NCBI GenBank assembly: GCA_973895155.1
Contig: OZ316896.1
Location: 22,463,722 to 22,527,721 of the forward strand
Source of the DNA: Marsupella aquatica
Lineage: Eukaryota; Plantae; Marchantiophyta
Direction: 5' to 3'
DNA length: 64,000 nt
The translations under genes and the position numbers were made by a program. The notes under the pieces are model-generated. The model did not search any database, had not been told where the DNA came from, and was given only the letters and a program-made list of their open reading frames with translations. Below are positions 52,469-64,000 of the stretch, one piece after another (the first letter of the stretch is position 1; each line of letters begins with the position of its first letter).

Positions 52469-52954
52469 CTAGTCGAAGGTGTTGGAGCTTTCCTCGAGAA
52501 ACATGAGATTACGTGCCGCTTCCTGTTGTCTGCTGATGTCCTCTTTGCGCTTTTTGGCTGCAATTTGCTGGTCGATGTAACCCGGGATCATGTCAAACTC
52601 CGCCTGAGTCAGCTTCTGGCCGCCCTTCAGCCTAAAGAACTTTGTGGGGACTTCAAGAATTGTCTCTGCTATCGATCTAAGTCCCTCCTCGCTAAGGTAT
52701 AGCTCGGTAATGTAGTCTCGTAGCTCATTGTAGCTGGAATCCCTGGTGATTGTTGTCTTCTCACAGTTAACCTGTGCTACCTTGGCCACCAACTTCGCGT
52801 ATCTTTGTTCGTAGGCAACTTTCTCGGGGCAAGAGTACCAATAAGTCTTGGAGAACTTAGCACCTACCTCGCCAAACAAGGTCATACTAACCTTTGCAGT
52901 CCTTTTTTTGAGTCTGCCTCCCCCGCCCTGACTAAATCTTGTCACAATACGCAC
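52469..52954 (-). CDS. Uninterrupted ORF of unknown function in the 4-kb element (first ATG at 52885)
   Basis: 161-codon open frame with globular, helical composition; its stop lies 3 nt before the next ATG (52465). Confidence 0.45.
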   Translation of the reverse strand: MRIVTRFSQGGGGRLKKRTAKVSMTLFGEVGAKFSKTYWYSCPEKVAYEQRYAKLVAKVAQVNCEKTTITRDSSYNELRDYITELYLSEEGLRSIAETILEVPTKFFRLKGGQKLTQAEFDMIPGYIDQQIAAKKRKEDISRQQEAARNLMFLEESSNTFD

Positions 52955-54034
52955 TTAACCCTTGATATTTTTTTATAAAAATTAGCTCAATCCAAGAAAA
53001 ATGCAAGAGCGACCGGTAGCGTCCACTAATCCTGAAAAGTGTGAAAGAGCAAATGGGCTGCAGCGCCATCGACTGGGCTCTTATGGGGGCGCCAGGGCAA
53101 GCTCGAGCGTGAGAATGTGAGGTTGTTAGTCGTCATTAATGGCTCAAATTTGGACGTCTCGGTCCAAGCGTGATCCCCCTAACAGATTTTTACTCCGCCG
53201 TTGCCACCGTACTGCGGGCGATCGTAATAACTTGCCCGTAATTCCTAATTATTAAGTCAACTAACCTATTCCTAGTCTATTCATAATTGCAAAGATGGCT
53301 ATATGCTCTACTCTACCCTGTGGCTACGGTCCTAATGATCATATATATCCTAATCTATGACTTGTGTCCTGTTTAGTTACCCGTGTCACACACCTCAATC
53401 CTCAATCCAAATCTCCATAAAATGATCGACTCCCCTAGACTGAGCCAAAGCCCAGGCCTCAAATACACCTCAGAATCAGCATCCCCGCCCGACAAGCCAC
53501 CACCAGGCAGGTTCAGATCTCAACAGCCAGACTCTTGGTTGCTCGAAGACGAACCAATAGCCCTTTGTAGTCCATTTGCATCCAACTTCCAACTCCTTAG
53601 CTTTCGAATGCTCGAAACTCATCAGAAACGGAACACCAATCATCACTCAGAGTCAAGCCCAAAGCCAAAACGATTCGACTCCTTGGTACTCACAGCTCAC
53701 TGAAAATGGAACATCAATCGACTCTCAGAGTCAAGCTCAAAGCTGAAACGATTTGACTCCTCGACACTCGCAACTCACTGGAAATGGAACACCAATTGAC
53801 TTCCTCATCCCTGGTCTCAGTGCTGAAACTGTTCGTCACGACACTATGGATAGGCAAGGTAGATGAAGGAAGACAAAGGTGAATACCTCACGGGATAGGG
53901 AGAACTTGGTCTCTAGGGTAAAGCTCCCAAGAAAACAAGGAACCTCGGAGGCAACCGGGGGATGGAGGGACCAAAGGGCAAGAATGGTCTTGGCTGATGT
54001 AGGAGGGGGAGAGGGGGACCAAGGAGCGGGCATG

Positions 54035-56162
54035 TGAGATAAGGATGTTTATGAAAGAAGGGTTAACTAACCATAAATTTTAGAATTTTTACGTTTAAGA
54101 TCTCAAATGAGGCTGAAGAGGGACCTGAAGACTACTTTGAAGTGGTATGAGACTTTCAAGCCCATCTCAGGTCACCCCGGATTGATATTAGAGAAGGAGG
54201 ATCGACCCGGAACTTTTTACTATAAGCCGTGATGAGATATAAAAGCTTACAACGCGACTCTACTGAACAACAGCTGTCCATTGCCAAAGTTTTTAAAACC
54301 ATAAGTCAAACACAGGCACGATCACAGCAGAATCCGGATATAAGGAAGGAGAGTCGATCCGGCCTCTCACACCTCTCAAAGCCAAACTTAGTAGGTTTTG
54401 AGCTCCCGAGCGCATTAGGCTGTTTAAGCGATAGAGTGAGGAGGCTCTACCCTTTTGGTAGAGGATCTTGGGTCCGGATTATAGGACCAATCTTGCATTG
54501 CATGATGAGAGCCTAGATATGAGGGTACTGACTGATTCGTTGTGAGGGGAATGCCTACTCCACCGCTAGAAGGGAAGGCAGGAAGTTTGAGATCCTGATC
54601 GTGGATACATCGGTTGTGAGAAGGGACACCAGGTCAACCCGGACATCACCATTGCAGGCCCGATTGAGTCTAGCTTTTCCCCAAGTTCGATGCACCTATA
54701 TTTTGGTTGACGGAATCTTGATACACTTCTCCAGAAAAGCTTGTCAGTTGATCAGAAACGTTGCGGCCAGGTCGACCCGGACATTTGTACCATTGGTTGA
54801 CACTGAAGCGATTGAACATTCTGAAGTCGCAGAATTGTAGAGCTTACCGTAGAGGAGGCAGACCATTTATTGGAAATCAATTTGTTGCTTCCAGCAATCC
54901 TATGGAACAAGGGGCCTCAACCCGGCCTCAACGGTTGAGGAAACCAGGAGGGTTGAGGACCCGGCCTCCGTCGACCTCCTGGTTTCCCCACTCCCAGTAC
55001 ACACTTCCACTCCCATTCTTACACTTATTCTCATGACCCAAGTGCCCATCAGGAGAACATGGATATTGACCCGTCCATCCCTTTTACCACTGGCCAGCAG
55101 GGAGTTTTCCTTCGACCAGAACCCCTTGCCATGGCTAACCCTGAGGAGGTTCCTTCCCAAAAGCTAGGACCAGAATAGAGTTATATTTAGAGAGTTAGAG
55201 CCACATTAGTTTAGACCTAGAAATAGCTATATAGACTAGTACATGAGTAAGTAGACTCCAGTATTTTGTTGGTGTATCCATTGGAGACTCTACTCCATTT
55301 TTGACTAGGATAGTTCACTTTTATTTACATATTTCTTTAGACAAGTTGGGTTTTGAAGAGGCATGTCTTTTCATAATCTCCACTTTTAGTACAAAAGGAG
55401 GAGAACCCAAAGTCAACCCCGGGAGAGAGAGATGCATTTGATTTCTCCATTTTGATTTTGGAGAAATCTATGTCTTTTCTTCCCTTCTTTTTACCATGGT
55501 TAAGTAAAGAGAAGTTTCAAGATTAGCAACCCTTTGAGTTGTTGTGCAATATTCAATGAATACTAGCGTGTGCCTATGATGATATTGAAAGATCAGCAAG
55601 GTCTGTGACCAATTCATATAGAAGATTCACCAAAGAGAAATTGGAATTTACGTGAAACTCAAATAAGCAATCTTAAGGATAGTAGGAGAAGTAAACCAAT
55701 TCGAGTATCCTAGTACCGTCTTAAGCAAGACCAGAAAAGTGTCCAGGGTTGATTTACATTGTTGTCTTCTAAATTCAAGAGATGGAGAAGAGTTGCTATG
55801 AGAAATCAAAAAGCATATACAATGTTGATTTCCAAATCTTAAATTAGGCCATAATCCTTATTGAAGGAGTGGTGATGGTCGGAATTCAATTTCCTTGCGC
55901 TTTGAAACCTCCTACCTACTCTCTCTAGTTTTTTATCTTTGTTAATTCTAGCGTTTATTTCCGCACTGTGAATCCTGTGGATTACCCACTTGAGTTTGTG
56001 GTTAAACACTTATGTTAAGGAGATCATTAGAAATCTCTCCAACCTAAGAATGTTGGTGTAAACTTCTCAAATTGTGTTAATTCAGTATTTTTGATCTTAT
56101 CCACTCCTAACGGGAATGAAATTGAGTTATTAAGGAGTAAATAGTCATTTATCTCTTTATCA
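54035..56162. mobile_element. Solo LTR (~2.1 kb), probably Ty3/gypsy type, inserted in the CRE element
   Basis: TGAGATAAG...CTTTATCA termini where CRE coding breaks; TSD degenerate (gcatg/ccttg); non-coding interior. Confidence 0.6.
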
Positions 56163-59100
56163 CCTTGCTACAGGGCAGCCCAAGAAAGCTCCCCAGCCTG
56201 CCCCAACACAAGGCACTGGCAAAGCCTGCGTTGCATAGGAGGGACAGATGGCTCCTCGATAGGCTCAGAGGTCCAAGAGGCCATCGCTAACAACCGATGG
56301 TAATACTCCTCATGAAGAGAAGCCCAATCCCCAGACAGGAACCGTTGCAACGGGACAATGGTCTCCCTATGCCCAGACACCCCCTCGGACACCCCCCCCC
56401 CCCCCGGAGGAAGAACCAGTACCCAATGAGGGAGCATGAGGAGCAAGGACCAGGCCCCAACATCCAAACTTCACAAGCCAAGCGGTTGAAGGGAAGATGA
56501 AAGGCTCTCTGAAGGGGAGGCCTCAAAGGTACGGGAATCCTAGTAAACAAACGGGGATGCCAAAAACCGGGATAGAGGGCAACAAGGACATGCATCAAGG
56601 TGAACCAACCAATCCCAAGAAGAGGGAGGAGGCCCAGACAGAGGTGGGCGGAGGGGGGGAGGTGGAGGAGGAAGCACAAAGGGCTGGACAAGAACGACGG
56701 TGGCGTGTCAAACCTGACGGCCGGTACCAACTATGACAAGCATCGCATTGGACAGGGGGATCAGAAGGGGAAGTGGGAGGGGAGGAGGGACGATGGTGAC
56801 GGATGGAAAGAGGGGAGGAGTAGGGGGAAGCCGGTGGGTGTGGAGTGGGGGAGGGGAACTCAGAATGGGAAGAGGCTCCATGAGAAAATGAAAATATGAA
56901 ACAAGGATAAAGAGGAAACATAGAGAATAGGAAAGTCAAACAAAAAGAAAAAGAAAATAATAAATTAGTGACAACAAAAACAAAAACAAAGGATGGATGT
57001 CCAAAGCAAAGAACCTCGACCCAATAGTGACAACACCCCCACGACAAAAATGCCCGCCGCTGCCCAGCGCAAAGGGTGCTGCCGCAGAGGCACCCCATCT
57101 GGTCAGATCACCAAGAAAGCACACCACAACATGCTCCCCCAGGTCACGATCCAATCCCAGCTCAGAGCCAGGAGTACGTAAGAGCACCAGACCCCGGACC
57201 AGGCCAGGGCTGGTCACCAGCCGGAGCAGAAATCCAACCAGTTGAGCAGGCTCCCAGGCACCAAAACCTTCCCGCCAAACAGAGCCAAGGAGCCAGGAAA
57301 CCAGCCCCCAAAGGACCAAATTAAAGTCAGCAGCCCAAGATGCCGTTCGAAGAGCACCAAAAGAGGAGAACCAAAGTTCAAAAGCCCCGGGCCGGCAGCC
57401 CGCACAATACTCCTGGTGTCAAGGAGGGGGGGGGGACCCGAGGGTCACCCTGGCGGAACGACCTCCTCACCGAGGGGCCAGGGATCTCTCATAATGAGGC
57501 CCCCCATAATGGGGCCCCTGCACATGCCCCTCCCATCCGCCACCGCACGTCAGCGGCTTGCAGCCCTTCAGCACCCTGCCATGCACCTCCGCTCGCTCTT
57601 GCCGCGCTCGACCTCCGCTCGCCCGACATCCTCCGCTCACCCGGCCGCAGCTCCGCCTCCGACCTCCGCTCCGCTCATCAGATCCATCAGATCCTAGGAA
57701 AGAAAGCCATGAGGGGAAGTTAAGACACGATGTGTTGACATTACTTAGAATCATTCCTCTCACTCATGAGAATACTTAAAAGTGGTAGAAAATGAAGCCC
57801 TTAGTTTCTCTCTCTAGTAGATAACAAAGTTTCAAAATTAAGGGGGCTGCCAAAATAAAATCAAAATACTATAGGATACCAAACTTTAAAGGGGTCCAAA
57901 AATGAATTAAAAGTCTCTATGATACTTAGAGTGGGCCCTAACCTGGCTGACCAGGTTACTACCAACTCCTGACCGGAGGAAGCTGGGAAGGATTTGGAAG
58001 GAACCGAGGAAACCCAGTTAGGCCTTGTAATAGCCATCAAAAAATGGATTGACTTTTGTAACCGGTGATTGCCGGTTCAGCCACTGGTGAAGTGAGACTA
58101 GTTTCAAGGGTCCAATCAGAGAGTAGGAGCCCTAGGAATATGTGGAATGAGGACTACTAAGGGTGGCTTTAGAGCATTTCTTAGCGGGTATTATCAAATA
58201 CCCAATCTTATATATATATAGGATTGCAAAGGAACAAAAAAGTCTTACCAGGGGACAAGATCCCAAAGACCAAAACCCAATAAACTTAAGGGGGAAAACA
58301 GAAGATAACCCGGGAAAACCCAAGCTTAAAAGCCCAAACAACAATAGAACCTGAGCTACAAACTGAAATGTCTGGGAAAACTCTGGGGTGAACTGCATAG
58401 GAAGGTCCCAAAGAGGGATTTGACTAGGCATTCATTTTTTGGTTAACTCTACCTATCTAGCTCTCATGGTCAACCAAAAAGTACCCCCATCCTGGAATTT
58501 CCCTCAACACTAGGTATTAGCATCGGACAACCAACAGTAGATTGAAATCGTAGAATCCCAACAACAAACCCAATAGTCAATAATTGTATAATTTCTTCCA
58601 TATGAACCTGAGTTCCAGTAGCCTGCCACAAAACTTCCCGAGAGCAAACAAAAACAGGGTGAGGGTGAAAATTCACGAAGTTACCAGAAAACTGTACTAC
58701 TTTAAATCATAAGTCAACAACAATCAGCTTGTAACTCAATTTGTATCCCGGTGAATAGGAATTCTTGATGGGAGCCCACAACCCCCCCTTCAAATATCGA
58801 GAGAAATCTCTGATTCCTGTGCCAGAAATTATTATTTCAACCCTTTTGATTATAGGAAACCGTGGCAGGAATGCTAATGGTTTCCTATGTAAATCTAGTC
58901 ACCAAAAAACCCCCCTCCTGACAACCCAACAACGTTTCAGTGAGTGAGTTTGACCTGACCTTTTGCATTTTCTTTATTGGGTTTGGTCAACCCCCTTATA
59001 TAGTAACAAAACCCAGTTGGGTCTTACAAGAAGTAGTGGGCACTTGTGACAAGACAATGGGCCCTCAATGTCTTGTATAGCCACCCTAAAGTGAGACCAA

Positions 59101-59794
59101 TTGAAATAATGTACTTGGACAGAACATGAAGAGAATATGAGAGACACATTGTAATGCAGGTTATTGGTGGTGTGGTTGACGTGTTGTTGTTTAGGATAAC
59201 CCATCCCCAAGGGGGGCTTATGGGATGTAATCCCCAAGGACAGTGACCTTGAGGGGGTTACAGCCCATTATCCTCAAGTGGGGATGAGTTAGTTACCAAG
59301 TGTAAGCCCCAATTAAATTTTTGAAATATTCGCTTCACTTTTACATTGCAAAACTGTCATTTGTCACTCTGCCACTTGCACTTTACCTATATTCTCATTC
59401 AAATTAGAGAATCCCCCTGCTTGGCTGGCACATGGGATTTGTGGCTCACCCACAGGGTAATGTCTCATAATAGTCTCTAGAAATACAAGGAGAAAATACA
59501 CGACTGGTTTACAACGAAAGTAACATGATGAGTGCCCTGTCACCCTGGGAGCTTTTTTTTCTCTTTTTTTCCCCTTTTTTCTAAACCAACGGGCATAGCC
59601 CAACGCTTTATTCCGGAAGCCAAGGGGAAAACAACATCTGCCTGAGGACCCGCCTGAGGAGAGGGAGGCAGGGAGAAAAACTGACCAATTAACTAAGGGG
59701 GGCTAGGAGAAGGAGCACCCCCATCGAGAAGAGAGTGAGCCCCACCACCCAAAACTGCCAATATGAGGGGGAAGAAAAGGAAGGATGAGGAGCT

Positions 59795-59975
59795 GCTTTC
59801 TTGACTTTGCTTCTTCCACATATAAAATTTAGATCGGATTCTTAAGAGTTGCCTCTTGAAATGGAATCTCAGATGGACACAAGATGCTTTCTTGACTTTG
59901 CTTCTTCCACATACACATTTTAGATTGTATTCTTAAGAGTTGAGTCTTGAAATAGAATCTCAGATGGACACAAGA
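59795..59975. repeat. Two-copy ~90-bp tandem duplication
   Basis: tgctttcttgactttgcttcttccacata...tctcagatggacacaagat occurs twice. Confidence 0.85.
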
Positions 59976-61899
59976 TTGGACGCGGTGCACTTCTGGACAC
60001 ATGAAACCCTGATGGACACAAATGAGATGTGCAAATTTACTTACATAACATATTTAATATTTATGTCTTCAAAATAAACTGATAGTAAAGCTTGAGGTGT
60101 CCAAAAAATGACAAATCGCTCTTGGACAATTCCTCGAATTTAGACCCTTCATTCTGAAAACCTTAGATCTTCTCCACGGGTCTCTACAAAGTGGCCAACT
60201 TCTCAAGGTTGTGGTGGGGCCAGCTGATGGCTTCAGCAGCCCACAAAAGCCTTGTATCGCCAAATGCTTTTCCGGACCTGTACTTTGTGATTACCATGCC
60301 AAACATATGGGTGAGAAGTGTACCCTCTTTTGTTATTTTTGTTTATAGTGAAGTACTGTATACAGGCATTGTGTGTGATAATGCTCTAGTAACATGACCT
60401 CTGAGAGATTTTTATTTCTACTAGTTTAGTAAAAGTAGAGGAGAATCTTCATAATGAGTTCATCCAAACTATACCCTGCATTCTTCTCCAATATGCCCTG
60501 AAAATTACAATGAGAAAAATCACTAAGGGCATTGAGATACAAAAATGCATATATCCTTTTCATTTGGAGAACATTTTACTCTGCCAATAGAGGTATTGTA
60601 TGATGCAAGCAGACAGGAATTTTTGCTAGCAAGGAGAGTATTGCTAGCTAGTCATAGGAGGGGTTCTTAATGTCTTTTGATTTTTGCTAGGTTTGTATTT
60701 CTAGTGCATTCTGAGACTCCATATGGCTTGCAAGTTTGCTAGCCAAAAGAGGAATCCCAAAATTGGGTTTTACTAAAACATGACACAAAAGCTAAGAAAC
60801 TTGAAACCAAGTTTTAGCTAGCTAGGGACTACATTTTGTAGCCAAGTGATGTACATTAAGGGTTTCTTCCTCCTATGAGAAAAAAGTCTGCTATTGGGAA
60901 GACAAGAGGAATTTTTTCTTTGTTTGCCCGCACACAACAACTACCCCTGCCAGTATAGCAAAGAGAGACTGGTGAATCTAAAAGCCAACTTTAAGAGACC
61001 ACTTGGAGGCCCATGCGCTTTTCAATTTTTTTGATACAAACAGTGCACGGCACCACCCACATCATGTTGCAGGGCTGTTTCCCAGCTGGTGTCCCGGCAT
61101 TTTGGTGGGCAGTGTAGTGGCTACCCGTGGAGATGTTCTTACTAGGTGACAGGGAAGGAAAACAAGAGATGAAACCCCTTGAGTGAGACTTGGTCTACCT
61201 AAGTTGACGAGGAGATTGGTTTTGTGATTGAAAGGTCTTAGGTTCAATTCCCGCTCCTTGATCTGGGGTTTGAAGAGGAGTGGGTGTGTGGGGTGTGTAT
61301 TGGAGAAGGTATGTTGGATCCTCAGGCTAGGTTCATGTTTGAGTGGAGCCTGGGTCAATCTTAATTTGCATTCTCTCAGTACAGGGCTATGTGTTGGGCT
61401 AGAGTGCCGGCAAGGGTTCCCTGCAGGTCTGCAGGCTCTCTTCAGGTGTAGTTTGCCCAACGTGTATGTAAGTTAAACAAGGACCAGTTTGAAAATTTTC
61501 ACTGGTCTCACTGGTCCTTAAGCAGCATCTGAGTAACTTTATCTCCAAAATATGTATCTTTTTGGGAGTTGAACTTTCTATTCTGTTTACCTGAGTTAGT
61601 GTTACTACGAAAATAGTGTAACACTGCAAATAATGAGTAACCCTAATATTTGAGTACATGAGTTTTGGAGCTCAAATAAACCTATTTGTGAAACATTGTC
61701 ACATAAAATCAATGATTCTCTCGATTTAACCTATTCTTGGTCTTTGCTAGTGTCCAAACCTTCCTGATTTCCATAACATCTTTAATTCATATTTTCCACA
61801 CCCAAATAGTGAAAAATATTACTACACCTCGACAAGATTCATGGTTTCATGCAACATTTTTGGTATCAATAGTCACACTGCAAATAATGTGAGCTGATT

Positions 61900-62175
61900 T
61901 ACACAATTTGTATTATCTGTAACACTAATTGAATCCAGCAATCACTATTAGTAAGACTACTTCAAGAGGGATTCAAATCTCTGTGACCTACACAATTATT
62001 GTACTTCTGTGAGCTACGCAATTAGTGTTACTAACACTACCTCCGGTAAGCAGTTTAGTTCTAAATTCTAGGACGCAATCAAAATCCACGGGCATGTCTA
62101 TCCTATCGGAGACCACAACCATATTATCAGTTATTCGATAGCAAGGTTTGTTGTAAGAAATTACAAGCTGATTTC
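61900..62175. repeat. Partial duplicate of the 3' end of the 62339-63277 ORF
   Basis: 61900-62175 matches 62250-62520 (aagactacttcaagagggattcaaatctctgtgacc...gttgtaagaaattacaagctgat) with small deletions. Confidence 0.85.
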
Positions 62176-62338
62176 ATGCAAATCAAATGGTAATCATGCA
62201 AATCAAATGTTTTGATTACCATGCGCCGGCTTACAAAACTCAAGCTGATTTCAACAATTTGTATTATTGGTAACACTAATTTAATCACTATTAGTAAGAC
62301 TACTTCAAGAGGGATTCAAATCTCTGTGACCTACACAA

Positions 62339-63277
62339 TTAGTGTACTCTGTGAGCTACGCAATTAGTGTTACTATCACTAACTCCAGTAAGCAGTTTAG
62401 TTCTAAACTCCAGTGCGCAATCAAAATCCACGGGGGCCATGTCTCCCCTCTTGGAGACCACAACCATATCATCGGCTATTCGATCGCAAGGGTTGTTGTA
62501 AGAAATTACAAGCTGATATCGAACGTTCAATTCTAAAAGCATATCGGGCTCACAATCTTCATGAATATCTCCCTCAAAAATCACCGGATCCTCAGTGTCT
62601 GCAAAGTGAAGACCAAGGGCATCCTCTAAATCATAGAAGATACGATTATTTACATCACACCGTAACTCTAAAGTTGTACTGAATCCACGTTCAGCACCTT
62701 TGGGATAATTTGGCGAGACTGCCATCCACACAAGGTCATCCTGCCTTCCTGGTTGACCATTTTCGGCAAGCAACTCACAAGTTTCAAGTACTCGACGACA
62801 TTCGCGCCAATTGTCTGACTTTCGAACGAACAGGCTTATCGGTTCGGCAGAATCCTCTGTGCCTTCGCTATGTTTGATACATGCATCCACATTGACGCGC
62901 ACACATCTCAAAACCGCTGTATTGGTTTGTGGATGCGCGTCTCCTCCCATGCTTACCGCTCCTTCGATCTTTGAAAATTTAATACATACTGTCTGGTGGC
63001 CATTATCACTTTTGTGGCAACAGCTGAAAGTGGTATTTACACTTACAGTTAGGGAGACATCGCTAGATTCACTCGGGGCAGGAAACTGGTCAACTGTTGG
63101 CATTGAGATACTTTTGTCAGCTCCGGTTCGCATACATAGTCCTTCACGTTTCTTTGGCATGGTGATGTAGGAGTCCCCAACTGCTCGCCTTGTTGAAAAC
63201 GAAGATGTAGATGGCTCGTGTGTACCGGGGGGTGAACAAGAAACCTTTAAATGTTGCGGACGGCACGGACACTTCAC
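62339..63277 (-). CDS. Unknown protein, long open frame, probably the 3' part of a gene starting beyond the window end
   Basis: 312 codons without a stop; another minus-strand ORF upstream (63635-63937); no recognised domain. Confidence 0.5.
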   Translation of the reverse strand: MKCPCRPQHLKVSCSPPGTHEPSTSSFSTRRAVGDSYITMPKKREGLCMRTGADKSISMPTVDQFPAPSESSDVSLTVSVNTTFSCCHKSDNGHQTVCIKFSKIEGAVSMGGDAHPQTNTAVLRCVRVNVDACIKHSEGTEDSAEPISLFVRKSDNWRECRRVLETCELLAENGQPGRQDDLVWMAVSPNYPKGAERGFSTTLELRCDVNNRIFYDLEDALGLHFADTEDPVIFEGDIHEDCEPDMLLELNVRYQLVISYNNPCDRIADDMVVVSKRGDMAPVDFDCALEFRTKLLTGVSDSNTNCVAHRVH

Positions 63278-64000
63278 ATCTCGATTCTGGCCTGCAACAT
63301 CCGAATTCGCATCTTCATGTTATTACTACCAATTCTTACGTTCAAGTCTCTATAACCAATAACAGTCAATGGCCAAGTTCTCCGGTCCAAGTAACATGTC
63401 AATCTCTTGTTTATCCTCAGATGAGAGCAGGGTTCGGAACTTCCCGATACTAACTGAGGTCTCCAAGCACACTGAACAGTTGTAACAATCCCAAGGTTGG
63501 TTGACTTTGGTGGAACTTACAAATGATCATATCCTCACGACCTTACAGCATACTACGATATTCAACTTGAGAAATTCTGAGCAGTTGGAAGGTAATTTAG
63601 AGTAGATTGGCATCTTATTCGCACAGGATTATTCTCAAACCGAACATAGATAGGCTGACTTACTTTCTTGAATCGTACTTGTCACAGCAGAAGTTTTATT
63701 GCCATCGACAGTCGAGCCATGCAGGTTATCTGCAGAGGAACTCCCACTTATTTGAAATGTCTTTGAGCTTTCCACACCACCGACAATACCCTTCTTCTGA
63801 CATGAGCTCGAGCTTTCACTCCGATTACTTGGATTGTTATGAACATGACCTCGTAGCCTCTCATAGTAAGTTTCTGTGCTTGTCTGGTGTATTTGTGAGT
63901 ACCCAGCTTTTGAAAGGACAGACCGCAGATCCTCCATTTCGTGATCAGATAGTGTAGAAATCCACTGGGTGCTTACAGAATAGTTGCCCGTGCTAGTATC

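Larger units (their letters stand above)
49335..53390. mobile_element. 4056-bp TG...CA element with a perfect 5-bp TSD (CACCT) carrying non-gag/pol ORFs
   Basis: cacct|TGTCGCGCC ... CCGTGTCACA|cacct; no internal LTR pair and no RT, INT or gag motif seen. Confidence 0.8.
48970..53843. mobile_element. Solo-LTR-like element (~0.8 kb net; TGTCG...CGACA) hosting a nested 4-kb element
   Basis: Perfect 5-bp inverted termini at the points where CRE coding breaks and resumes; TSD degenerate. Confidence 0.6.
46200..57700 (-). mobile_element. Decayed near-full-length CRE-clade (RLE) non-LTR retrotransposon split by nested insertions
   Basis: Pieces in colinear order: zinc finger CDACHSWYRPSGLTRHRRSC and RFLSGDW...GELSWAAL (56168-57700); LWSLHP...LSREVF (53844-54034); MRFKHLQD, GVRPLAIGEV, HQFGVA, VDVANAFNSV (48432-48969); ADNTH, IRVLGVPLG, PSYLLQTVPP (47662-48150); C-terminus and 3' end (46200-47090). 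Confidence 0.85.

Overview
Eukaryotic, intron-containing land-plant DNA, probably a bryophyte and most likely a liverwort (inferred from an alpha/beta-hydrolase fragment of the type found in liverwort hydrolase-NLRs and from a CRE-type retrotransposon). All identified host genes lie on the minus strand: the 5' part of an NHE8-like Na+/H+ antiporter that runs off the window start; a 6-exon GH32 gene (10025-14004) with the diagnostic 9-nt mini-exon; a 2-exon NKAP/MAS2 gene; and a 4-exon CYP71-clan P450. An unidentified gene lies at the window end. There is also an LRR-I receptor kinase pseudogene and a hydrolase relic. Mobile DNA includes a young full-length Ty1/copia element (22993-29541; CCCTT TSD; gag and pol in frame but separated by one TGA), a CRE-clade non-LTR element (about 46200-57700) split by nested insertions, MITEs and degenerate tandem arrays. 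Top finding: the GH32 gene has vacuolar-invertase architecture but carries the active-site changes that turn invertases into fructosyltransferases (WMNDPN to YMSDPC, WGW to WGY, intact D/R sucrose-donor pair), making it a candidate independently evolved fructan-synthesis enzyme. Second: a 4-kb TG..CA element with a perfect 5-bp TSD, no gag/pol and its own ORFs. All exon boundaries and coordinates were read by eye and no database searches were run.
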